NCBI GenBank assembly: GCA_963771175.1
Contig: CAVYSY010000002.1
Location: forward strand, 107,011 to 171,010
Direction: 5' to 3'
Length of the DNA stretch: 64,000 nucleotides
From: an uncultured delta proteobacterium
GTDB taxonomy: Bacteria > Myxococcota > Myxococcia > Myxococcales > Myxococcaceae
Shown here: in pieces, positions 10,801-19,304 of the stretch
Position numbering within the stretch: position 1 is the first letter of the stretch
Layout of the letters: each line of letters begins with the position of its first letter
Made by a program: the position numbers and the translations under genes
Notes under the pieces: model-generated
Seen by the model: the letters and a program-made list of their open reading frames with translations, nothing else
Database searches by the model: none
What the model was told of the DNA's origin: nothing

Positions 10801-12874
10801 GCAGTTGCCCAAGAACACCTTTCAGGACAACCCACACCCTGTCACCTTCGCCTGGCTGTTGATGCTCCTGACCCGGCACAACTTCATCCAGTTCACCGAC
10901 GTGCCGCTCTGGCATTCGGAGGAGCTAAAGGAGATTGCCGCGCTCGGGTGGTTGCCGGCGCGGGAGCGGTATGAGCCCCGGCGCATCGGCGAGCTCCTCT
11001 ACGTCGGCGCGGTGCAGCGGGGCCATGGCAAGGACAAGGTGTCCTTGCATGTCTCATTGGCGAAACCCGAGGCGTGGCGGCTCGAGATCGCCGCGGGGAC
11101 TTTCAACGAAGGGGTGTTCGCCCAGCCCGTGGAGGTGCCCGGATGGGGCGAGTGGAGCCTCGACGAGCCCGGCGCGCAGGCGCTCGGCGAGCTGAAGCTC
11201 CAGGGGCTCGAGCCCGTCTTCCTGAAGCCCTCCAGTCCACCCGGAGAGAATCGGCTCGCTCCCCATCGTTCCCGATGCGGCGCTGTCCAGTGGGAAGGAC
11301 GGAACCTTCTCCTGGCGGCTCGCGTTCCGGGCGAATTGTCCGAGGATCCTCCGCGGCTGGGTCCTCATCCGCAAATGGAAGGGCCGGGCGGCCGACGAAA
11401 TTCCGAAGGATGCCTCTGTTTTCGAGACCGCCGAGGTGGCGATCCCCGTCGTCGCGCGGGAGGACACGGCCATCAAGGAGGAGGCGGGCTTCGCGGTCGT
11501 CGATGGCTTCATCAAAAAGGGCAACGTCAAGGACGTCAGCACCTACGTCACGCAGCACTTCACGTACAAGCAGTTCCTCGACGCGGCCAAGGGGCAGAAG
11601 CTCGCCGCGGGCGCCGAGCCCCTGATTACCTGGGACCTCGTCGAGGCGGTGGAGCGCATCCGGAGCGGGTATGCGGCACGCCAGCCCGTGACCCTGCTCG
11701 GACTCTCCGAGGACGGGCTCTCCATCCAACTCCGGGCGGTCAACCTGGAGAAGCTGCGCGAGGTCGTGGCAAAGGCGAAGGAGGATGGCTGGATCGACGA
11801 TGCCGAGGAGGCGGGAAAAGGCGAGATCCGCATCCGGGTGAAAGCGCCGCGGGAGAGCAAGCACCCCGGTGAGCTCGTGGTGGAGCTCGATGCAAACGAG
11901 GCCTTCAGCGAGCTGCGCAAGGGGATGACCCACGAAGAGCAGCTGGCCGTGCAGTTCGGATGCTTCTTCCCGAACGGAGGCAGCGCGCAGGACGGACGGC
12001 TCCTGGCGTCGGACACGATCGGGAAGAGATATGAAGCGGTGAAGGTGGAGGATCTGAAGAGCCTGGCCCGGGGCGGACACCTGGAGCATTGGTCGACGGC
12101 GGTCGCGGAGGTGTTGCACAGCCCCATGTTCGGAGAGCCCGAGGTCCAGCTCACCAGCAAGGGCGCCCAGGTCTGCGTGCCGCTCCTGGGCGGCACCGCG
12201 AGCTTCTGGAACGCGGCTGGGCCGAGCATCAGCTTCGGGAAGGAGGAGCTCGACAAGAAGGCGACGTCGACCATCCTGCCCAATCCACTGCGCGTCGTGC
12301 GGGCATTGGACTTCAGCGACAAGAAATTGAAGGGCAAGCAGCTCGTGATCTCGGCATCCGTCAAGAAGAAGGACGTGACCCTGAAGACCGAGCGAATCGA
12401 CGTCCAGCCCTCGAGGAGAATCCAATACGACATGGAGCCGAGCGCCGAACTCGAGGCGCAACCGGCGCTGTACGACCCGTTCGTCCTGACGCTCTCCCTG
12501 CGCACGAACGCGGTCCCCGCCAGCAAGGGCTTCAAGATCGAGATCGCCAATGCCTCGGGGACGCTCCTGACCCTCCCGAAGGACTGCATCTCCTACGAGC
12601 TGCGGACCAAGGAAGGGGGCATCACGGATTCGAAGGGCGTCTTCCGCGCCAAGGTGGATGTGAGCGACATCGCGGAAGCGCTCAAGGGAGAGAAGGAGTA
12701 CGAGGTTCGTGTCGAGCCCGTGAACAAGGCGGACAAGGATTGGCCAGCAGCAAGAAACTCACCGTCCCCGACCCGCTTCAGCAGGAAGAGGCAGTGGACG
12801 TGATGGGCGATTTCCCGGGCATGTGGCCGGACGGACTGAGCGTGCCCATGAAGGGTGAGAGGGTCTGGAGATGA
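7880..12874 (+). CDS. ~1,660-aa multidomain putative effector: C39-like peptidase + M23-like effector backbone + degenerate M15A-like fold + beta-rich module, frameshifted
   Basis: ORFs 7880..8182, 8070..10127, 10108..10737, 10637..11872, 11436..12803 and 12089..12874 chain by frame switches. Motifs: VPLLGQ...WCGRTSCSM, HLILITGY, ADPA; GLFPLGSHRNLHSGVHL, VRCLAPGYIVAVRL, FYSLYMHL, VRAGELIGYL, FLHWEI; IGWW...HPVTF. Confidence 0.7.
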
Positions 12875-15358
12875 CGGACACCGCGCAGGTTGCTCCACCT
12901 CTCGAAGCTGAGGCTCGAACCAGGCGCTGAGGGGGTCATCCGCCTCGTGGCCGTGGCCCCCACCCGCCTCGAGCTCACCCTCTCCCCGGCGGATGTCCGG
13001 CAGGAAGGGCCCAAATACAAGCTCAAGCTACGGGGCACGCAGAAGAACCTGCCCAAGGACGCGACGTGCCGCGTGTTGATCAAGGCGGAGTCGCTCGGAG
13101 AGGTGCGGGACTCCGAACTCGGCGCGCAGCCCCTGCGGATCAACGGGGAGTCCTGCACCCTTGAGCTGGAGATCGACACCTTCGCTTCGGGCCTCTTCGG
13201 GAAGGGCAAGGCCCATTTCTCCGTCATCCCGGACTTTCCCTTCGCGACACCATGTGTCGTCTCCACTCCGGTGGAGTTCAACAACCCGTTGGATATCGAG
13301 GGAGCCAGCCCTGGCAAGGTACTGCTCGGCAAGCGGCTCGAGCTCACGCCGGTGTTCAGCGACAAGTTCGAGAAAGCGACGCTCAAGCTCTCCGTCTTCC
13401 ACGGGGGAGCGATCGAATCGGGCAAGCTCTCGGACTCACTGGCCTGGTCCATCTTCGAGTGGACCGCGGACGACGACGACACGAAGGAGTGGCGCGTTGG
13501 CTGCGCACAGAGCGGCGGCGAGTACCTGTTGACCTACCTCGAGAGGCACCAGGCCGAGTACAGCTATGACCTCCAGCTCGAGGTCATCCAGGAGTCCGAG
13601 GGGCAGGAGGTGAGCTACGTCGTCTGGAAGAGGCCCAACGCCGTCTCCTTCCCGAAACCGAAGCTGACGAGCTTCGAGATTGGCACTGGAAGCGCCCTCG
13701 CGAAGGTGGAGAACGTCAGTCCCGGCTTCAGGCTGCCACTGGAGCTGACGCTCTGGCAGTACGGACTCCAGGATCTGGATCCCGTCGTCCGGACCCTGAT
13801 GATGAATCCCATCTCACGGCCGGCATTGGCCGAGGCTTCGTCCTCGGAGTATTTCTGGCAGCTGCTCGTCCCCGATGTGTTGATGGAAAAGGTGCAGCTC
13901 TTCGCCCTGCTGCGCATTCCCAAGACGCTGTCGGGCACCGATACCTATGTGCCGGTCAGCGCGGTGATGGATTACGACGCGTCGAAGTTCCTCACCTTCG
14001 ATGACGACCAGCTCTGGCTCGAGCCCCCCGCGAAGAAGGGGACCAAGAAGTCCAAGCAGCACAAGACGCCGAAGGACCTGGCGACCGCGATTGCATCCCA
14101 GGAACTGAAGGATATTCCGACGCGAGCCCCTCACTTCGGCTCGATCTCGACGGGAGTGCGCGAAGACAATCTGCTCGTATCCATCAAGCTCGTGGGGGAT
14201 AGCGGTTACTGGAAGGCCGCCGAGCCCGTCTTCTCCCTCTACGACGAGGCCGGTCAGACCGAGCTCGCCAAACTCAAAACCCAGCCATCGGCGCAAAACC
14301 CCCGGCTCCACGAGGCGCTCATCCCCCTGGAGGACCCGAACCTCCTCGGCAAGAAGGTGCGCATCCGCGGCCAAGTCACCAATCCGGATGCGAACCTCTG
14401 GGGTGAGCTGGTCGCCGCCCCGCCGGCATTCTCCGTCGCCTATGAAGGCGTTCCCCGCTTCAGCGGGCTGACGATGCGCACCGTGGAGCTCACCGATGCC
14501 ACGTCCTATGTGCAGGTGAGATGTCAGGCCCACCATGTCCCGAACGGAAAGAAGGGCAGCACGCTCGGGTTCCGCATCTACGAGCTCTTCGCGGGCGTGA
14601 GGGAGCCGATCCTGCTCTCGCAGATGCCGTTCCGGTACGACGTCTCCAAGGGAGCGGGAGGCCAGTGCGACTCCCAGGGGCGACTGGTGGCTCGAATCAC
14701 GGACCAGGACATGGTCAAGAAGCTGCTGGGCCAGGGCAAGTACAGGCTCGAAGCATGCGTGCTAGACAAGGAGGGCAAGGTCTTGTCCTACGAGGTCCGT
14801 TCCACCTTCACGGAATTCGGGCCGTCGCCGCGGAAACTCGAGGGCACGATGGTCTGGGGAGCGAAAGTGCCGGCTGAGTTCAGGATGAAGGTGCTGGCCA
14901 TCTGCAACCTCTTGAAGCTCAAGGCGGATGACCTGATGGCCTGCATGGCCTTCGAGACGGGATGTACGTTCTCGGCCAAGAAGCAGAACAACGCGGGTCA
15001 TAACGCATACGGACTCATCCAGTTCACCAAGAGCGGCGCGGAGGGCCTTGGGAAGTCGGTGGACGAATTGAAGGGAATGACCGAGGTCGAGCAGCTCGAT
15101 TACGTCTACAAGTACATGGCCCGCTGCATCGAGCGGAAGGGTCCGCTCAACACGCGGAGCGACGTCTACATGGCCATCATCTGTCCCGAAGCCGTGGGTA
15201 AACCGGAGAGCTACGTCTGCTACTCGAGGGCGAACAGTCCGGTGGCGTACGAGGCAAACAAGGGGCTGGATCGAGGCAAGAAGGGATTCATCACCAAGGC
15301 CGACGCGACGGTGCCCGTGGATGAGCGCTACAACGAGGGGCAGAGCTTCCGGCTGTGA
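12871..15358 (+). CDS. ~830-aa protein with C-terminal lysozyme-like/lytic transglycosylase domain
   Basis: ATG 12871 overlaps the upstream TGA (ATGA); one extra base near 12889 separates it from ORF 12890..15358. C-terminus WGAKVPAEFRMKV...LMACMAFETGCTFS...GLIQFT...EQLDYVYKY...DVYMAI...AYEANKGLD is a phage-endolysin/SLT-like pattern (catalytic E, GLIQF). Confidence 0.8.
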
Positions 15359-15397
15359 TTCACCATGCTCGAGGGCAGGGACTGAGCCCGCCTCGGG

Positions 15398-15853
15398 TCA
15401 TGCCTGTCGCGGGAACTCCCCGAGGATGACGCACGAGCGGCCCTCCATGGGGAGGGTGTGCTCCTCCACCGAGGGGAAGCCGAGCTCACGCGCCAGGTCC
15501 GCCAGGTACCGGCGCCACGGGTTGTACGGCATGCTGTTGTCCGAGCAGCACGGCACCACGGCGAAGGGCAGCCGGTGCTTCGCCGCGTACTCGATGATGA
15601 TCCGCGTGGCCCCGTCCGGGTGCATGCCCACGAGCAGGTCGCACTCGCACGGCTCCTCCAGCGTGAACATGCGCTGCTCGTAGCGCACGGGCAGGTGCTT
15701 GTGACGCAGGTCGAAGGTGGTGACCGTGCGCCCCAGCCGCGAGAGGGCCTCGTTCAAGCGCCCCTGCCCTCCCGCGATGTCGAAGACGCGCGGGGCGGGG
15801 AAGCGCTCGGTGATGAACTGGGCGAAGAGGTCGAAGCGGCGCTTGTCGGCCAT
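15398..15853 (-). CDS. Small class I SAM-dependent methyltransferase-like protein
   Basis: VFDIAGGQGRL (SAM-binding motif I), LVGMHPDGAT and FAVVPCC motifs. Confidence 0.7.
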   Translation of the reverse strand: MADKRRFDLFAQFITERFPAPRVFDIAGGQGRLNEALSRLGRTVTTFDLRHKHLPVRYEQRMFTLEEPCECDLLVGMHPDGATRIIIEYAAKHRLPFAVVPCCSDNSMPYNPWRRYLADLARELGFPSVEEHTLPMEGRSCVILGEFPRQA

Positions 15854-16125
15854 GCAGCCTCTCTACAACAGGTCCGGCCCTCTCGATTCCCGTCCGATGT
15901 CCCCCGGCCCCGCCGGGGAGGGCGGCCCAGGAGACGGATGACCGGTATTTCCTGGAGTTCCAGCAATTCAGAGCCAGAGAATGGCGCGGCCCGCCATGGC
16001 AGGTGTTGCTCCCGGTCATCTCGCGCCCAAGGGGATTCCCCGCCCAGGGTCAGGACTGGTATCAAGAACTGAGGAAACCGGGCCTCGGTCCCACGGTCGG
16101 GGGGTATGGAGGAAGGAGCTGACCC

Positions 16126-17436
16126 ATGAGCGTCATCGTCATCGGTGGAGGACTCAGCGGGATGGCGGTCGCCTTCCACCTGCAACAGCGGGGCGTCCCC
16201 GTGGTGCTGCTGGAGCGCGCGCCCCGGCTGGGCGGCAACATCCAGACGCACGTCCGTCAGGGCTTCTTCCTGGAGAATGGGCCCAACAGCTTCTTCGATC
16301 GCGAGCCCTCCATGCGCGCACTGGCGCGGAGCCTGGGGGTCGAGGACCTCATCCAGCCGGCCACCGCCGCGACGGCCCGGAAGCGCTACGTCTACACCCG
16401 GGGCCGGCTGCGTGCCCTGCCTCGCACCCCGCCCGCCTTCTTCGGCTCGAACCTCCTGCCGCTGCTCTCCCGCCTGCGTGTGCTGGGAGAGCTGTTCAGC
16501 AGCCGAGCCTCCGGGAAGGAGGACGAGTCGCTCGCCCGCTTCGGCCGCCGGCACTTCGGGCAGACCGCCACGTCCGTGCTGCTCGACGCGGTGCAGAGCA
16601 CTCTCTTCGCGGGAGACCTGGAGTCCCTGAGCGAGCCGCTCTCCGGCGCGCTGTGCTCCTTCAAGGGAGGACTGCAGCGGCTGGTGGACGCCCTCGCCCG
16701 GCGGCTGGCGACCGTGGCTCGCACGCGAGCCCACGTGGAGCGGCTCACCCGCGAACCGGACGGCTGGCGCGTGGTGGTGCGAGAGCAGGAAGCGCGCTCG
16801 GAGCTGCACGCCACCCAGGTGGCGGTGTGTACTCCGGCGAATGCGGCGGCCCACCTGCTGCGCGAGGTCGACCCGGAGCTGGGGGGCCTGCTGGAGGGCA
16901 TCACCTATGCCCCGGTGGCGGTGGTGCACATGGGCTTCGCTCCCGAGTCCGTGCCCAGGCCGGACGGGGCCGGCTTCCTCGTGCCCGCCAGCGAGAAGCG
17001 GCGCATCCTCGGAGCCATCCACGCCTCCACCCTCTTCCCCTGGCGAGCAGAGGGCAAGCGGGTGCTCTACACGTGCATGGTGGGCGGGACGCGACAGCCG
17101 GAGCTGGCCATGCTGCCCGCGGAGGAGCTCGTCTCGCTGGTGCGCGAGGAGCTCGCGGACATCGCCGGGGTGCGCGCCGAGCCCGTGGTGACCGACGTGG
17201 TGCGCTGGCCGTGCGCCCTGCCCCAGTACACCGTGGGCCATGCCGAGCGCCTGTCCTCCATCGACCAGGCCGTGGCCCGCTGGCCGGGGCTGCACCTCAC
17301 CGGCAATGCCTACCGAGGCATCAACATGGTGGACTGCGTGCGCAACGCCGCCGCGCTCGCGGAGCAGCTCGCGCTCGGGGCCCGCCCCGCGCCTTCGGAT
17401 GGGGCCACGGGACTCGGACCGGAACAGCGGGCCTGA
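16126..17436 (+). CDS. hemY: Protoporphyrinogen oxidase (HemY type), with apparent internal deletion
   Basis: VIVIGGGLSG FAD motif, LGGNIQT, ENGPNSF, GFLVP, PQYTVGH, GNAYRGI..DC; RBS AAGGAG upstream. Confidence 0.9.
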   Translation: MSVIVIGGGLSGMAVAFHLQQRGVPVVLLERAPRLGGNIQTHVRQGFFLENGPNSFFDREPSMRALARSLGVEDLIQPATAATARKRYVYTRGRLRALPRTPPAFFGSNLLPLLSRLRVLGELFSSRASGKEDESLARFGRRHFGQTATSVLLDAVQSTLFAGDLESLSEPLSGALCSFKGGLQRLVDALARRLATVARTRAHVERLTREPDGWRVVVREQEARSELHATQVAVCTPANAAAHLLREVDPELGGLLEGITYAPVAVVHMGFAPESVPRPDGAGFLVPASEKRRILGAIHASTLFPWRAEGKRVLYTCMVGGTRQPELAMLPAEELVSLVREELADIAGVRAEPVVTDVVRWPCALPQYTVGHAERLSSIDQAVARWPGLHLTGNAYRGINMVDCVRNAAALAEQLALGARPAPSDGATGLGPEQRA

Positions 17437-17470
17437 ACCTCACCCTATCCCTCTCATAGTGGGAGAGCGG
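17436..17470. repeat. Degenerate REP-like palindrome
   Basis: aacctcaccctatccctctcatagtgggagagcgg resembles the CCCTCACCC..CCCTCTCCC..GGGAGAGGG extragenic palindrome family. Confidence 0.5.
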
Positions 17471-17667
17471 CGGCGTTCCTCTGTCCTTTCGGACACTTGG
17501 CAGCCACCGGACCGGCGGATGTAGTGGATTCTGTAGTTACGGGCCGTGACTTGAGCGAGCGGGCGAGCGTAGCCGCATTTCCCGTGACCACCAGGCCCCC
17601 ACCAACCCGCCCCGCTCCGGGCCCGCTGTAGCCGCCCGGCAACCGAGCGCCTGTTGCTGGGCCGCCT

Positions 17668-18270
17668 CTATTCTCCCGACCCTTTCTGCTCTCTCTTCTT
17701 CTGTCGCGCATGGAGCCGCTCGACAATCGAGAAGGGGAACATGGCACGGTGATTGATGTTCCGGTAGTACACCGCCAGGTAATGCTCCCCACCAATCTGA
17801 ATGACGGTTTGAGCTGGCGGCTCGGTCTGGCTGTTGAACCAGGCGTCTGCCTCCTCGCGAGTATTGAACGTAGCCACCGCCGGAGGGAGGCCGTCTTTCG
17901 TCATCTCCTCGATGTGGTATTCAAGTCCGGAGTCTGGGACGAGTGAGCGGCGGCTACGGTCACGAGAAGACAGGACGCCGTAGTATTCGTCAGCGATCAA
18001 CACACAGGCCAAATCAGGTGGCTCAGGTTGCGCACTGAGCCAAGCCTCCGCCTCGTCCCGCGTGTTGAATGAGGCAATTACTCGGGGGGGGGCCTCGGAC
18101 TCGACGTCTTTGCGATAGCTCTCGAACTCATACGACTGGCCATTCCGCCAGACGAACCAGAGCGCGTCGATGGCGAGGAGAAACAACTCTTTTTCCTCGG
18201 GAGACTGAGCATGTTCTCGGTTCTTCCCGAGGAACGCCTGCGCTTCGATGATGCGGTCGAAAATCGTCAC
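17668..18270 (-). CDS. Myxobacterial hypothetical protein with internal duplication (candidate immunity protein)
   Basis: GTG 18270 overlaps the upstream TGA (GTGA); repeats ASFNTRDEAEAWLSAQPEPP and ATFNTREEADAWFNSQTEPP. Confidence 0.75.
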   Translation of the reverse strand: MTIFDRIIEAQAFLGKNREHAQSPEEKELFLLAIDALWFVWRNGQSYEFESYRKDVESEAPPRVIASFNTRDEAEAWLSAQPEPPDLACVLIADEYYGVLSSRDRSRRSLVPDSGLEYHIEEMTKDGLPPAVATFNTREEADAWFNSQTEPPAQTVIQIGGEHYLAVYYRNINHRAMFPFSIVERLHARQKKREQKGSGE

Positions 18271-18950
18271 GGCGCCACCGCTGCGATGTAGGGCTCGCAG
18301 ACAGCTTCCGATGAAGCCAGAGCTGCCAATGGAATCAAGGCAATGAGCGCCCCGGGAGGGAAGGCCACGACGAAGACAACTCCTGCAACTACGACAATAC
18401 TTCCCACCAGAACCTCGGTGCGATTGCGCTTCAACCAATCAACCGCTCGAGCCGTGGCCGAGAACTCAAGAGGGCGACGTCCCTGCAACTCTTCGCAATC
18501 AAGGTACGGCTGCCAGCACCCCTCCTTGCAGTAGCCGTGCTTGGCGCCACGAGACATGTGCGAATAGTCCTCAGAAAGAGGTCGGTCCATACACGTGTCG
18601 ATGCAATTATTGAGTTCCTCATGACAATCTCGCTGGCGAGCAGCCGCAAGCACGATACGCCCGTACGTCCTCTCCGCGCGAGGCTGGAGCCTGAATCGCG
18701 AAAGGTCAAACTCCTCCACGGGGCGCCAACTGTGAGTGACGTGAGCGCTGGGGGACTCCTGGATGACGAGCACGTACCGGTCGAGTTCTTCGACGGCCGG
18801 AGAAAAGGTGCCGCCGCTCATCCCCACGGACTCACGGGTGCTCGCGTCTTCGGTCGGACCCAGAGTAGCCGGTCCCGATGCACAGCCCGATACGAGCACT
18901 CCCAAGAGGGCCGCTACCCCTAGGATCAAGGCGCAATTCGCGCTTTTCAT
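18267..18950 (-). CDS. Cys-rich lipoprotein with hydrophobic C-terminal hairpin (candidate toxin)
   Basis: MKSANCALILGVAALLGVLVSG-C lipobox; CHEELNNCIDTC...CKEGCWQPYLDC; tail VLVGSIVVVAGVVFVVAFPPGALIALIPLAALAS. Confidence 0.75.
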   Translation of the reverse strand: MKSANCALILGVAALLGVLVSGCASGPATLGPTEDASTRESVGMSGGTFSPAVEELDRYVLVIQESPSAHVTHSWRPVEEFDLSRFRLQPRAERTYGRIVLAAARQRDCHEELNNCIDTCMDRPLSEDYSHMSRGAKHGYCKEGCWQPYLDCEELQGRRPLEFSATARAVDWLKRNRTEVLVGSIVVVAGVVFVVAFPPGALIALIPLAALASSEAVCEPYIAAVAP

Positions 18951-18987
18951 GTGGACAAAGCTAGGCCGGTGATGTGGGCATCGCAAG

Positions 18988-19188
18988 TTGCGCCTCAGCC
19001 GGCCCACCGAGGCCAACGGCGTCTTCGCATCCCTCCCGGCCGAGCTCATTCCCCGGATGCAGGAGCACACCTTCTTCTACGTCTGGGACGAGGCCACCTC
19101 CGAGGTGCGCTGGATGACGTCCTTCGACACCACCGAGGAGGACGTGCGCGGCTTCGCCGCCAGACTGCGAGAGCTGGTGGGCGGCTGA
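18988..19188 (+). pseudogene. ltaE: 3' remnant of low-specificity L-threonine aldolase
   Basis: PTEANGVFASLP...FYVWDEATSEVRWMTSFDTTEEDV..F matches the threonine aldolase C-terminus; no upstream part in the window. Confidence 0.7.
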
Positions 19189-19304
19189 GCGCCTCCGCCA
19201 GCGGCGTGCGGACCCCAACAGAGGGTGCAATGGCGGATTGACTCGTGCGTAGGGATGCGGCGGCATTGCCGCATCCGCGCTCGGACCCACGGAGCCACGT
19301 ACCC

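Noticed and set aside
7880..15358. A single ~2,490-aa polyprotein
   Set aside because: The ATGA stop/start overlap at 12871..12874 fits two coupled genes better, although noisy sequence means fusion is not fully excluded.
12871..15358. Prophage lysis cassette
   Set aside because: No holin, spanin, structural or integrase genes nearby; the lysozyme domain sits on a long non-phage carrier.
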